Source: Trichoplax adhaerens
Taxonomy: Eukaryota; Animalia; Placozoa
Reading direction: 5' to 3'
DNA: 64,000 bases
Assembly (NCBI RefSeq): GCF_000150275.1
Contig: NW_002060944.1
Location: 2,456,152 to 2,520,151, forward strand
Shown here: positions 1 through 13,710 of the stretch, piece after piece
Layout of the letters: every line of letters starts with the position of its first letter
How positions within the stretch are numbered: position 1 is the first letter of the stretch
Notes under the pieces: model-generated
The model's input: the letters and a program-made list of their open reading frames with translations, nothing else
Database searches by the model: none
What the model was told of the DNA's origin: nothing
Program-made: the position numbers and the translations under genes

Positions 1-3000
1 CGGGACTATGAACAACTTCTCGGGAATTGTAATGAGTGTTCGTTATCTTTACTGGGAGCATGTTACGATAAGATGGAAGAAAAAGACAAGCACTATGACG
101 TTGACATTGAAGGCCGATTCTTTTATGAATCTGATCACTTAGCGTTGAAAAATAACGAAGAGTAAGTAGAAATGCGAACAGAAAACGATCATGCGCCAGT
201 GATGATTTAGACGAAAGGTGTCTTTTGTTATTATGCTATATAGATTATACTTAGTTGCTGTAACAATAATATTGTACATACGCGTAATTACAAAGTGATC
301 GAACATCTCCATACGGAATTTCTAGAAATTGATAATACGATACACGGTTGAAAACTAGCACTATAATTTGTAATGATCAACAGTTTAAAATTACATGTGT
401 TAACAATAGATAATTACTGGAATTTTTAACCAGCACCTCAAGACAGTTGCATTTATGTACACGTGCTATACGAATTATATGCATGCTTCTTAGGTATTGC
501 CCTAAGCCGTTAAATCTTATTTTGAACGTATGAATGTTATGAATCTGGATATTATTACGTATTCTTAGTATCAGTTAAAAATTCGTACATATTTTCGTAT
601 CTTTTCTAGCTACCAATTATTACTTCGTACACTTGCTATTTTAGAATCTCAAAGGGCGCAGGCATGTCAGGTAAATGATGTAGCATTGAATATATCGGAT
701 GATACTGTTATATTGAGCTACGCTATATTGTTATTGTAATACATTGAATTATAATTATAAATATAATATGATCATTTCATATTCAGTAAGCATATAAATA
801 TTCTGTCCCGTAATTTTTCTTCACGACTGTGTGCTCAAGAGTACTTGCTTACAATTATATAATACGGTAATGTTGATTTACTTTGAGAAAATTATCTTGA
901 AAGTGCATACAGCGTAATGTAAGATGACATTAGTGATGCCACTCGAGTTGTTTTAGGTATTCTTTAAGTATCCTACAAGGATAAATTGTTACTGAAACCC
1001 ATTCGGTAATTATATATATATTCAGCTTATCTTACGTAAGAATAGGTAGGCTAAGTCAGAGACTACCCATAAAGTATAAAGCTTACTTTTATCAAGTAGT
1101 CTCGGTTAAGTTGGCTATATTCATAGTTTATTACCTGTGAATGACTGATTACAGCATTTTAAGCTGCGACTGATACTGTCCTATAAAGTAATTAAGATTG
1201 AATCAAAATTAAAGTGTTTATTATTGATTTAATAGGATATTTGCGAATTAATTAAAATTAGAAAAGATGCTCTCAATGATCCCGTTGCGTTCGTGAAGAA
1301 ATTACAAATGGATGTAAGTGTATTATATATGTATTGTTCATTGCACTCTGTTTGCTGTGTTATAATAAAAATTAAGGACACCGAAAATGTATGCTGATAA
1401 GCTATTGGGATCTAGCTGACAGCATTACAATTTCGTGGTGATAAGAAGTTGTTATCGTTCTTCTTATATATTTTTGTCGCTTAAATTAACTATTTGAGTA
1501 GAAAGACCTTGGTATGCCGCGGTTGCAAGCTGTATTGCAAATTCCTACTATTAAGTGGGACGAATATACGAAGGCTTTATCGACTCTAAGTCAAAGCGAG
1601 AACGATAGATTACTTAAGCGCCATTCAGCTCGATCCACACCGCTAAAAGGTAAAGGTTCTTGTATAGTATCTAACCGCTAATTTACTAAATTGATAAAAG
1701 AATACATAGCACTCTATCCCTAATTTAATTGTAATAACTTTTATATAATTAATTTAAAATCCCTGAATACAATATTTCATATTGAAGAGTGATATGATGC
1801 AATTTTAATCCCCATCTATTTATCTTATTTGATGAATCTAGATCACAATCTGCAACCGTTGATCGATGCTAGTCAACCAGAGTTGTCTTCGAATGCCTAT
1901 AAAGAGTGTGTGAATATTCTGAATAAGAACAATTAGTAGCTTTATGTCATGCTTAAATTGTTTATAATATTAGGTTGTCATCTTCTGATTCGTCGCTTCT
2001 CCCGAGATATATGGTATTTATAATTGTGATATTTGTGTTGATGAATATCGGTATCTGAGAAGTAACAGAGATTTAGATAATTTTACAATTGTTTGCATCT
2101 ATTATGCAGTATCCTATAGCTGGTGCGATCGTGAGGGGGCGAATTTATGATGAAACGAAACCCTCTTCTTTTAATCAGTTATGGTCTCCAGAGGAACAAG
2201 TTAGTATTTAATGCTTTCCATTATCTGATTTATGTCAACTAAATTAAAAAAGTGTGATGGTCTGATTTATCGTATATATAGTATGTGATGGTAATGATTT
2301 CTTTAGTTAAGACTAGAGAAACTTCTTGAAGTATTTCCAAGTGAAGAAATTGAATCTAGACGATGGGAAAAAATTGCAAATGCTCTCGGAAATAGAACAC
2401 CAAAACAGGTTGGTATATATCGGATCGATGCTAAAGATATACAAGTGCTCCACTATCTTAGGCCTACATCAATAATTAGGATATGATTATATGAACGTAT
2501 TTCTTTGTCATGACCTGTATTAACTAGTAGTTGCAGATATGTTGCCTTTTTCGTAAAATCTACATTCATATTATCAAAAGGATTATGATCAAGATGAATT
2601 GTGTAAGTTAAAATGGTGTTTTTTAAAATGACGGAAAATAGGTTGCAAGTCGAGTTCAAAAATACTTTATTAGATTAGCTAAGCTTGGCTTACCCATACC
2701 TGGGCGAGTACCGAATATGCCATTTTATAAGAAGGTAAATTTGTGACTAAAGTTATATCCTATGAATTTATTAGCCTATTACTTGCGCTACTGACTAAGC
2801 CTGACACTTGGAATGTCGTAGGGGACAAAAAAATTAACCGATAATCCGGCTAATTACCAACCTTTCTGTCGACCATCTGTTTATATGGCGGAAAATGATA
2901 AAGACATTAGTTGCAGCGCAGATTCTAAGCGTTCATTATCCACAAGTGAAACTGTATCTGTTAGTTGATACTTAGTTTTTGTATTATGTAATAGCTAATC

Positions 3001-3608
3001 TCGTGCTGTATGCATTTAACAACGTCTACTAATTCTTAGGATGATGAAGAAATCGACTTTACCCTGAAAAATAGTGACGAGTACAAACAATTAATCAGGT
3101 TAAAGAAAATTAAGAAGATGCAAACTACTGTTAGAAAAGTACAACATCATGGATATCAGGTAATTCTATACATTATTCGTACACCATTGCAATGTGGGTG
3201 TTAACGAAGCTGCGATTTGATCACTAGAAGAATTTAATTATATTGTTTCTAGTGTGATCGCTGTGGGATGGAGCCCATTTTAGGACCTAGGTTTCACTGT
3301 AAAGATTGTCCAGCTGACGATTCCGTTGACTTTTGTAAAGACTGTGTTATTAGGTATAAAATTTCTCTTCAGATTATCTTTGCATTAATTAATTTACTTA
3401 TTCGATGATTTTCGTACTTCAAACATTATTTAGTCCTATGGAAATCAGATTGCATAAACTAAATCATGAATTGCAAGTGTTCAATCGCCCGTTCTATGTT
3501 GACGACGATTATATTGGATATACTGGAGGAAGTGGACATGTTGAACAATCAACCGGATACACTACAGGCTATAGTTACTTAGATCCAAATTATATACCAA
3601 ATGATTAG
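1..3608 (+). CDS. ZZZ3: ZZ-type zinc finger and SANT/Myb domain protein 3 (ATAC complex subunit), about 13 exons visible; frame is open to the window edge, first visible ATG at 73
   Basis: Spliced translation gives [36 protein letters not shown]...[14 protein letters not shown], a SANT domain [52 protein letters not shown], a ZZ finger [31 protein letters not shown] and C-terminal [12 protein letters not shown]. All match recalled ZZZ3 motifs. GT-AG sites are in consistent phases (e.g. exons ..161, 610-670, 1236-1313, 1502-1649); stop at 3606-3608. Confidence 0.93.
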
Positions 3609-5527
3609 TATTTTTTTCATATTAGTCATTTATGCTATTTGAAATATACAGTGGGTTTCTCTGATTTCTTTTCTTCATCAAACTAGATTTGATTATAAGT
3701 TACAGCTGCTTTGATCATAACAATGCTGGAATAGCTGCAATCGGTATCTATGTATGCTGTTAATTAAACATACGGTAAGCAGTAGTAACGCTATGATGAT
3801 ATTAAATTACAGACGGAGTTGATATTAGCATTATAGAATAACATCAGAGGAGCTTATGCTACACATGTGAGCGTAAAATTTAAGTCTTAATTTGTACCTA
3901 TATATAATAAGTATTTCTAAAATTTTATTAAGCAACATAATCGTTCTAAATCAGTAATCTTTTTACTGTAGATAAATAGATTTAAAATTTAGAAATTGTC
4001 GAGAGAGAAATACGAGTATTTATGCTAATAGTAGACTCCTATTAATAATTAATTAATATGTCATGTTACTGTAATATCGCTCGCTATTCACTTTTAGCCA
4101 AATTTTTAATTATATTTTGAATATATTAAATAAATATAAATATTTGTACTTATAGCAATTAATCTGATCTTTAAGAAGGTTTCAAACGTTTTCACCTTTG
4201 CTGAAGTTATGCACTGTATTGAATAAGTATTCGGAAAATTTATTAGCCATAAAAATATTCATAAACTACATTATAAGTATCTTGTATCTATTAAATCATA
4301 TATTTTGTTTACAATCATTAAAATACCGTTTGCGTCTGTAATCAGTTCTCTACGTATTTATACTTTTAAACTACGAATATTACTTGTTGGTATGATTACA
4401 AACTAAGTTTACAAAAGATAGTACTTTATTGAGTGCAATAATAAAACTGAACTGAAGATGAACTAAACTATCTGAGAAATTTAATCTTTTAGCATGATCC
4501 TAATTTAGACCTCATAACTCGTAATAGTCATGTTAGACACTGAGAAGTAATGTAGACTACAATACAGTAATATTAGCATCATCCCTATGATGACAGCTAT
4601 TAGCAACAATATTTTGTTATGATATTAATTCGCGATATGCAGTACTAATCCTATAAATGGCATTTAATACATTGGTTGCTTGATCCAATGATTAAAGTGT
4701 GTGTATCTGCATGTAAGTTTTGATATTCTACCTATGTCTTTGATTTACTTTGTAGTCTTAGTATTAATCAATAGTGATGCATGCAGACTTTGATAAACTA
4801 GTAGCATATACAGAAATGAAAAAGATCTCTGAAATTCTTTTACATCTTGTATTTGAACCTTAACTGATAGGAATAAGCATCCAGGAGTAAGAACATCTAT
4901 ATACGATGAAATTGCAATTATCATTGTCACAACAATTACAATTAGTCAACACTAAGGTTTGACTACAAAACATACAATAAATAACAGTAAAAATTTTAAC
5001 AACTCGCTATAAACCAACTTCAAATATGAACTCATAAAAGGATTTCATAGTAGAAGTAAAACTTTCCGTACGATGTAAGTAGTAAAATAATCATTTTCGT
5101 ATAGTTTGCAAAATTGCAAATTAGTAAATTCATTCACTAAACCGTAATATGAAAGTTTTACTAGCAGCTATTACCTAATTAACTCCAAATAATTTAGAGA
5201 ATCAATAAATGTCTTTTACTATATTACAATACACTATGATAATTAATGGTCTTGACATTTCATAACTAAAGAACACTCATTACGTTCTTCGATTTACAAA
5301 CGCTTATCGCACGAACATACTGTAGTAAGCTGTACAGTAGATATTCAAAGGCTTTAGTTAAATAATTACTATAGTAAATACATCGACCATTTAATACCAG
5401 AAAATACACTAAGAACATTAGCTAACTTATGAGAATAGCAGTTTATGGCCGTTAACAGTGAGTCGATATGAATCGACAGTAATCCTGATCGAGATATTTC
5501 AAAAAAGGTAAAATTTATTTTATATAT

Positions 5528-7018
5528 TTAGGAATTTAATTTAGCTCTTTTGATAGTCCAAGCTTCTTCATTCTCTGATGGATTCAGTTCAGAAATAGAA
5601 GATATTCTCTCATCGTTTTTTCTCTTCAATGTATGTAGTAACTTTTCTTCATCAATGTCACTATTTTCTTCTTCAGTATTAGTTTCATCTTCGCTTTCTT
5701 CACTGGGTTCAGACTTATCTGCGTTAGTTATTGTAAAATGATGGTGCTATTAGTAAGTATAATATAATTGGCAAAAGTGATAAATTCTAGGCAGTACGAG
5801 CATAAATGGCGGTGATGTTCTATCGCTAATTGTGACTACAGCTACCTGGAAGTAGATATTGTGTAAATACTGTCCGCTCACCATTTGAGATAAAGTATAG
5901 CAGACAGGTCACTACTAGTCTACATGTCTAAAGTTATCAACAAGGTGAATCACTCTTTACTCACTATCTCGGATATCATCTTGAATCTTAGAAAACTTTA
6001 GAATGACTTCTTTTTCTCTTTCTTGGCCAATTTTCAAACTCTTATCTAGATCTTCTTTCAGAGTTGGATTGTTAATGGCAGGGTCTTGCTCATTAGGTTT
6101 AAGGTGATGTCTTATCTCCAGATTTAATTCTTCCAAGCGTCTTTTGCGTATTTTATGACAAACCTCACGGAATGCCTCCTTTGCTATATCGTCATGCTGT
6201 CGCTGCGTTAGCCCTAATTTATATTTCCGATTGGCAGAGGTAACAATATCTTTGATATCAACAAAATCAGGCATACATAATGATTGCACTAATAGTGCTT
6301 GTTGCTTTCTATGTTTAGCTCTGCTTTTTATGGTACTGTTGTGGTTACGATAGTATTGTGCCTTCAAAAATTTAGTCACCTCCTTATTAATATCACGATA
6401 ACGGGTATTGCAAAACTGACGAAATGGTGGTTCTAATACAGAACGACTTCGAACTAGCTTATTAATTTTTTCTACGATAGCAACACTTTTCTTTTTCAAT
6501 TTAGAAATAAGTATGTATATACTCCCACTATTATCTAAATCTTCAAGCGACATATCATCGTATTCATGCTTGTTTATCAATTTGTTATATTTCCTTAAAT
6601 CCGTTTCATATTTTTTTAATTTCTGTAGTGTCTGATCATCAAGGAGTTCTTTCCATTCTACATTTAAATCAGAGCCACATTCAGGTAACTGATCACTTTG
6701 AATGTTGTTATCGCCATCATTTAGCGTAGTATTAGGTGGCAAAGTTTCATTAACTTCTGTAGATCTGGTTGTAACATTACCGCTAGCACTCGAAGATGAC
6801 GATGAAGGACATACATAACTTGACGAAAGCTTCAACTTTTCACTAGGATCGTTAGTGTTGATCGCGGTATTCGCTCGTAAATGCGAGGTATCTGGTTTAA
6901 TAATATGGCTTTCTGACCTCGAACCTGAAACATCATTTGGCTGCTGGATCAATGTTGATCGTGGTTGGCTATCTAATTCATCCGAACTACTACTAATGAA
7001 GATCACGTCACTTTCCAT
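5528..7018 (-). CDS. DAXX: DAXX (H3.3 histone chaperone) homologue, 2 exons (7018-5965, 5718-5528), about 414 aa
   Basis: Histone-binding domain motifs: [92 protein letters not shown]-terminal SIM-like VIFISSSSDE follows the ATG at 7018. The phase-1 GTGAGT donor joins a CTAAC..GCAG acceptor to an acidic exon (EESEDETNTEEENSDIDEE...AKLNS*). AATAAA lies just after the stop (minus strand, 5514-5519). Confidence 0.88.
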
Positions 7019-7125
7019 TTTGAGCGCTTGCAAAATGCTGCAATCTTCTAATTAGACAGCTTCGACACTCTTTTAACCTTGACAGTCCTGGTCGTAGAGA
7101 TGACTGTTTTAGTGACTCTCGCCAG

Positions 7126-7411
7126 GTGTACTGTACTGTACTGTACTGTACTGTACTGTACACTCAGTGTACTGTACAGTATGTTCCAGAGTTGTTACAG
7201 CCTACAGGTATCTCTACAGTACATTGTGGGACTCTACACTGTAGAATTTGCACTCTGCTGTACTGTACAGTACTGTACAGTACTGTACTGTACAGTACAG
7301 TACTGTATCTTGGTGGCTCTGGTTATACTGTACTGTACAGTACTGTAAAATACTGTACAGTACTGTAAAATACTGTACAGTACTGTACTCTACAGTACTC
7401 TACAGTACTGT
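7126..7411. repeat. (CTGTA/TACAG)n pentamer array upstream of DAXX
   Basis: Tandem CTGTA run at about 7128-7160 and mixed TACTGTACAG units at 7256-7411; starts about 110 bp from the DAXX ATG. Confidence 0.9.
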
Positions 7412-10258
7412 ATGGTAACGAATGTGTTAGTACTGTAAATTGAGATTTATTTACATGTGTATTTACTGTTTATTTGTCATTATACTGTATATAAATCTGT
7501 AGCTCTCATTTGATTTCGATTTTGATTTTACAGTTAATTAATCGATTTTTTATAGTCTTTCGGTAAATAATATAAGGAATAATATAATATGTATGCTGGA
7601 AATGGTACAGGAACAGCACGATGCAATACAGTAAAGATAAAAATCACTGTACATTTATGAATGAACTTAAAATTGTCGCTTATTTACTGCAATGTTACGA
7701 TTCATCATTAATCGTTTTTTTATTTATTTAGCTTAGAGAGCAAAATTGCACTTTGGAAACTACAGTACAGTAAAATCCACTTCACTTTTTATACTGTACA
7801 CTTGATTTACAGTATTAAGTTTAGTACGAACGTGTAAAGTACATTATGATCCGACATCTTTTCTAGTATATTTAACTTATCTAGAAGTGCACTGACAACG
7901 GGCGATTCGATTCGGAAGTCGACTTCGAGCCGAGCTCAATAAAAGCGTAGGGATACCTATAACAATTTACTGATCAAGTCCAATCTTCAACAATTTTATA
8001 CTTTAACCCCTTGTTTATGATCTGTTGTGAAGAACGTGTGTTATCTCCTGATCTGTTTATGTTCCTGCATTTCTCTTTTTATTAACCGACAACAAGATTT
8101 TTAATTTTCCGAATTATTAAAATGATTTCAACACACCAGTAAAAGCGATTTCCCAAAATGTAAATATTGCACGATGCTGTAAATCAATACTACACACTGT
8201 TCAGCGTAAAAGGTGTTGTATGTGCTGTATACTATAAGCCATGACCGTTCAGTCAATCACGCCGTTGTGATGCGCTGCTTTAGAAGTTTTGATTTCAGAA
8301 ACCTAATTTCTGGCTAAATTCCCATTCTAAACTTACCAAATATTGTATACAGTAATTACTGTAGGCTGTAGTTATTGTCCATAACAATTTTCAGATAAGT
8401 TGAAAGTATATACGCGTATCCATCAGTTTCGCGTATTACACTACAATGTAAATAGCTTTTAGCTAAAGGTTCTCTCATATTTTGTCAGTTATGTAAATAT
8501 ACTCGTGTTGATTTAGTAACACGTCTAAACTTTGGAGAATAGCGTTCAGTATAAATTAGTTTAAGGACCATCAGCATGTACGCATCCTTGAAATAAAGAT
8601 GATTTGAATAGGCACATTTTGAATAATAGAAGTTTAATTCTTCATTATATAATTATGTATTCATTGAATTTTTTCCATATCATTTTAAAGTTGAATGCTA
8701 ATAACGGCTTACGGTTTTTCACATGACAGCCTTTCATCTCTATTCTAAATGGTTTGTGTTTATGTACCTTAATCTCACCTACCCATTCCATAATTTTAGT
8801 TCTCCTTCATACCCTCCTTACGGCCAGTTCATAAGTTCCAGGATATAAAGCTAATGTACATCTTAAACTCTATTATTAAGAGAAAAATTGACGTACGATA
8901 CTGGTTTTACCAAACGCAGCCATCCCCCGCATTCCTGCGTAACATAATAGCGTTTTAATTCGTACTGTACAGTATATAACTTAATTTAAGCCGCTGCGTA
9001 ATCATTTGTATCAAAATGATCCTGCTTATGTTGTTATGTATCTTGATAATTCGCCCTCCTTTTGATGTCTATACACGTACTCACAACAAGTTAACATCTC
9101 GCAAGCAGTATTTACTGAATTTATACGCGTATGTTTAATTTACAACGTAAAAGTATAAAATGTAGAGTAATGAAAGGCAGAGAGGTATTAATGGACAAAT
9201 GGGGGTGCTGTTAGTACCATGTACTCTCATTTAAGTGCAGTATCATATACAGACAGATATGTTATTACCATAGTAGCTCATAATACGCACAACGAGCTAC
9301 ATTAATGACAGAATGATATCATATAACATAAATCTTGCATCCGAAGCAACTGTAAGCATTTATTTTAATTGCTACATTGTACATGAAGACACAAATTGGC
9401 GATTTTATAAAACGCCATCAGAAGTTCCTCGAAGGTTTTTGACCAATGCATATTATCAACACATCTCTGGTAACATTTTGATAGTATTTCAGCGAATTAT
9501 TATTTAATTATGTAATATATATGAGAGCTATAGCAATGGTAAAATTAGAAAATGTTCTCATAGCATAAATTTCCCTATCACAAAAGGGTATCAGGCACAG
9601 TAACAAATTAGGTATTATTTAACCAGAAATTCTTGGTTCTAGTGTAATGTCGCTAAGTGATTAAGAGGCGAATATCCAGAATCCAGGAATAAATCATCAA
9701 AGGGCAATATAAAAAAACGCTGTTGGGCAGTATGCAATCAATGCCATTTATCGCTAACTAAAGTATACGTGAAATTACGTACTGCAGCTTGTAGGTGTTT
9801 CCAATTATTCTACTTAATTACTGTCGTAACTTAAACACTATGTTGAGCACCAAGAGTCTATTAATCATCTAGCAGATGATGTACACCACAGCGAATTGCT
9901 GTTACTAGGCTTGTCAGTAGCTATACATCTACAAATCAACCTGAAAGTAACACATAGTGTGATAATGCTACGGTATATCTAATCTAACAATATATGAACA
10001 AATATACCAATAGAAATTGTAATGAATTATAATAACAAACGCATACTCGCAACAATACCTGAATTTGCATTCCAGACTGCATGACCCTCACAATCTTAAC
10101 ATTTCAGGTATAATTATAATTAATAATGATATGCACCCAGATCATTTCAAATGATCGACTAATACTGGTTGCATAATATGTCAAATAAATTAGATTATCG
10201 ACTATTTTCAAAAATGATAGCAGAGGTTAAACCTTTATAGGCAAATATAACAATATCT

Positions 10259-13084
10259 CTATACAGTCAACAACTTCCATAAAGATGCTTCTCCATCTGC
10301 GCTAGATGATACGAAAGCATACTGTTCTGGATGCCATGAAACTTTTAGTGCTTTATCTGCGTGTTGACCGACGACAAATGATGGATAGCTATTTTCATAA
10401 CCATTCATATCGGTAAGTATTAAAGTACCATCGTATGAAGCTGATAATAAATACCTAGAGTCTGGTGAAAACCTCAAAGATCTACAATCTTCATTATGAG
10501 GATGAAACGTATGCAAAATCTTATCTGCTTTTATATCGTATAAAACACAAACACCGTCTTCACGCCCCATGGCAGCTAAATTATTGCTATGGTTAACACA
10601 TAAGGATGTTATTCCTTGTTTTACTGGAGAATCTGACAATTTAAAGGTTTTCGCACATTTTCCGCTATTGATATCCCACATGCATACAACGCCGTCAGTA
10701 GACCCGGAAATTAATTTTTGATAACCCCAGGAATATAAGGCCAAGACATGTGCGCTATGTCCTTTTAGGGACGTTAGTAATTGTTCACTTCCACAATCTA
10801 TGATATTTATAGCACAATCGCCTCCTCCACCTGATATAAGAAAAGACGAATGATCTGTGTCGAATGTTACGTCGCGGACAGTTCCATCGTGGAAGTTAAA
10901 ATCTTGGACTGATCCAGCTGGGATAAAGTCATTATTATCAAATCGCAATAATTTAACAGATTTATCGTTAGAACCCGTTGCAAGCAATTCACCAGACCGA
11001 TTCCAGTTAGCGCAATAAATAGAGCCACGATGGTGTCTCTCTCTAAAAAAAAATACTCTAGGTTCTGGTGGAGGGACGTTAGGATCAAATCTGCATTATT
11101 AAAGCAAATGAATGCAATTTAGACACACGTTCACATGATATGATAAATACGAAACATTTTCATATAAATCTCTATTCAACTTACTCGCCGTTTGCATGTA
11201 AAAGCTCCGCAGAACATATGCGCAGTACTCTCGAATTTGAACCAACAACAAAAGCTTCGCCGTTAGGGTGGAATGCAACCGTTCTGACAGCCTGTGATGC
11301 GTTCATAGTAGCAATATTTGCAAACAGTGGTCTTGTAATTTTCTGCCTAACAGGCTCCGACTTTAAAGTGTAATGCAACAAACGATAAAGATTAAAGACA
11401 GTCACTAAGATATGCCATGTAATTAAAAAAAAAATTCATATCATGTCTGCTAAACGGCTCATTACGTGTCATTACCTCAGTCCCTTCTACTTCCTCGTTG
11501 CGATCTATTATTTCATCATGGCCGTAATGTAATTCATTCATAGTATGGCTTTGATTGGTGATTTCACTTCCAATCAAAGCGTTATCTGTTTCCTCAGTGA
11601 TGATAGAGGAACTCGATGGCACAATGTGAGGAGCATCATTATGAGGACCATCACTGTTCGCGCTGCTAACGGTGGTTGCTACTTCTTGTAAAGGTTGTTC
11701 ACCTAAGTTCTCTCTTGGCAAATTTTCTGCTTTATCTATGAGAAACGGCAGGCTTTCCTTTCTGCTATCAATTATGTAGGATTAAAAACAAGATATAATA
11801 CGAAAAAGTATTACTACATTGATAACTTACTGATTGCAATTGAAGTATGAAGTTAAAGATACAATAACAATTAAGGCAGACTATCAAGAGAATAACTGAA
11901 AACGTAAAAGCTATTCGAAATGGACTATTAATTATTTCTAGGAAGTGCACACAAAGAGACCTGTTCAGTAAGTAAAGCACCCAATACATGTGTTATAGAC
12001 ATTTATAACTGTACTTCTTAGTTTATCATCATCCTCTAATCTGCAAGTACACTTACGTAGACGCTTTAGACTGCAAGTGCATTCCGGATAACACTTTGTA
12101 ATTGTAGAACCTTTCTAAGGAAGCTGATCTGTTCCTAAATTTGCGATTTGTAGATTCACTGCTGGTGAAATAATGTGAGTTTGTTGGAATTGAAATACTA
12201 CGTCGCATCTTGCATGATTGGTTATTAAGTCTTTTGTCATAGCTATCAGTATCTAGCTCCTTGTAATGATTATCAATAGCTTCTTTCATAACAGTGGTTT
12301 GAATTTCCCCGAGCTTGAATGGCCATGCATTTGGTGGTATCTTTTTCATTACATCGTATATATAACAGTTACGATCTGCAAGCGGATTTAGTAAATCTAA
12401 TTTTCGATTAGCAGAGTCCATCATCGCTTCTTTAGCAACTTCCATTTTTTTATTATAATTTGAGTAAATATCTTGTAAGCATCCTTTGCTTAATAAAGTA
12501 GTTAATCGATTAACATTTATTAACTTACTTCTTTCATATTCGTCTTGCACTCCTTTCTGGAGTTTAGTACTTGGAGATTGATTTAAATAAATTTCAACTA
12601 ATGGTAAAATTTGATAAAAACACTCCACGCGACCACTGATAGGAGTCCACATCTTATAGTCTTCCAAATTTCGATGATCCTCTAGAGTTAATAACCAACA
12701 TAGCCTATTAAACTGGTCTTTATCAGGAGAACATATTTTTAATTCTTCCAAACAGTTGTGTAATATATTTACTGAACGGCCGTTTTGCATTTTCCAATCA
12801 CTTAACAGCTCTAGAAATTTTTGCTTTAAACATATAAACTTGAAGAGTTTGCAGTTAAACCCAGGTACTTCTTGCAAGGGTTCAATAAAGGCTATGGCCT
12901 CCATAAATTTACCATCTAAAATTAAACTTCTAAGGAAAGAGAGATTATAGGGATAATCATAATCATTGATACCACTCTCCTTTTCTAATGCCACCATGGC
13001 AGCATACAACTTCCATTCACGCAACTGGGACAGCATTAACCGAATAACCTGTCGACGATCTATAAACACATTCATGCAGTCCAT
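10259..13084 (-). CDS. WDR47: WD repeat-containing protein 47 (LisH/CTLH + C-terminal WD40), multi-exon; internal exons near 11760-12110 are uncertain
   Basis: N-terminal IRLMLSQLREWKLYAAMVALEKESG...LSFLRSLILDGKFMEAIAFIEPL (LisH/CTLH of WDR47). C-terminal QAVRTVAFHPNGEAFVVGSNSRVLRIC, HHRGSIYCANWNRSGELLATGSNDKSVKLL, FHDGTVRDVTF and further WD repeats. First true ATG at 13084 (the ORF track start at 13096 is TTG). Confidence 0.9.
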
Positions 13085-13232
13085 TGCTATCTCCAAAATA
13101 CAAAAACTGCTTTAGGCTGAAAATAATAACAATGAAGTAGCCAGTAAAATGTGTTTCAGTAAATAAAATTAAATAGATTTTAATTTAATTTTTACTGTAA
13201 ATTAAATCGAGTGCAATCAAGGATAAATAAAT

Positions 13233-13420
13233 TTACTGTACTGTACTGCACTGTACCGTAATTGACGGGACAACTACAGTACAGTACAGTACAGTACTGT
13301 AGGTCATGGAGGTAAAACCATACAGTACAGTACAGTACAGTACAGTTAAGAAAAAGATACTTAATACTCAGTAGTTCAAAAGTCATACAGTATAGTACCG
13401 TACTGTTGTAAGTGTACAGT
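13233..13420. repeat. (CTGTA/TACAG)n array in the WDR47/SCFD2 divergent promoter
   Basis: CTGTA-oriented units at about 13234-13258, TACAG runs at about 13275-13300 and 13321-13345, degenerate units to about 13420. Confidence 0.85.
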
Positions 13421-13710
13421 AAGTAGAGACCATTTGTAAGTCTCATTCAACCTTTACTTTTAGCTCTTTTTAGTCCTAACTACTAAACAAGATTGCTCTA
13501 TAAAACTGTGGACTACTAAAATCTTCCTTTAAAAACGTACGAAATAAGGTTCAATTTCTGACTTTCATGAGAAGAATTCTCTAAACAGAGCATCTTCACT
13601 CGCCTGATTTTTGCTATCAAGAACTTCATTTTGAAAGCATTCGCAGATCAAGAGTCCCTCACTACTAGTTTTAACAGCAGTAAGTTAGATACACAAGATC
13701 GAGCAAAGTG

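Noticed and set aside
1-161. ZZZ3 apparently lacking the long vertebrate N-terminal region if ATG 73 is the start
   Set aside because: The frame is open to the window edge, so the true start cannot be determined here.
5550-5741. Plus-strand ORFs overlapping real genes (also 6855-7055, 11140-11373, 12756-12950) and minus-strand ones (14166-14420, 47401-47595, 48922-49110)
   Set aside because: They are antisense shadows of genuine coding exons.
7079-7368. ORFs rich in TVLYC/YSTVQ repeats (also 13192-13446, 20066-20461, 59666-60418)
   Set aside because: These are translation artefacts of the stop-free (CTGTA/TACAG)n repeat and lie in promoter regions.
7880-9480. Scattered GC-richer patches with splice-like sites between DAXX and WDR47 (e.g. 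7895-7950, 8900-8940, 9380-9470)
   Set aside because: They could not be joined into a phase-consistent or recognisable gene on either strand, and no tRNA or snRNA motif was evident.
9865-10102. Minus-strand MLRL*GSC... frame with an in-frame TGA (UxxC-like) and a plausible intron 10058-9941, considered as a small selenoprotein
   Set aside because: It is very short, lies only about 160 bp downstream of the WDR47 stop, and I found no SECIS or homology. At most it is a WDR47 3' UTR intron.
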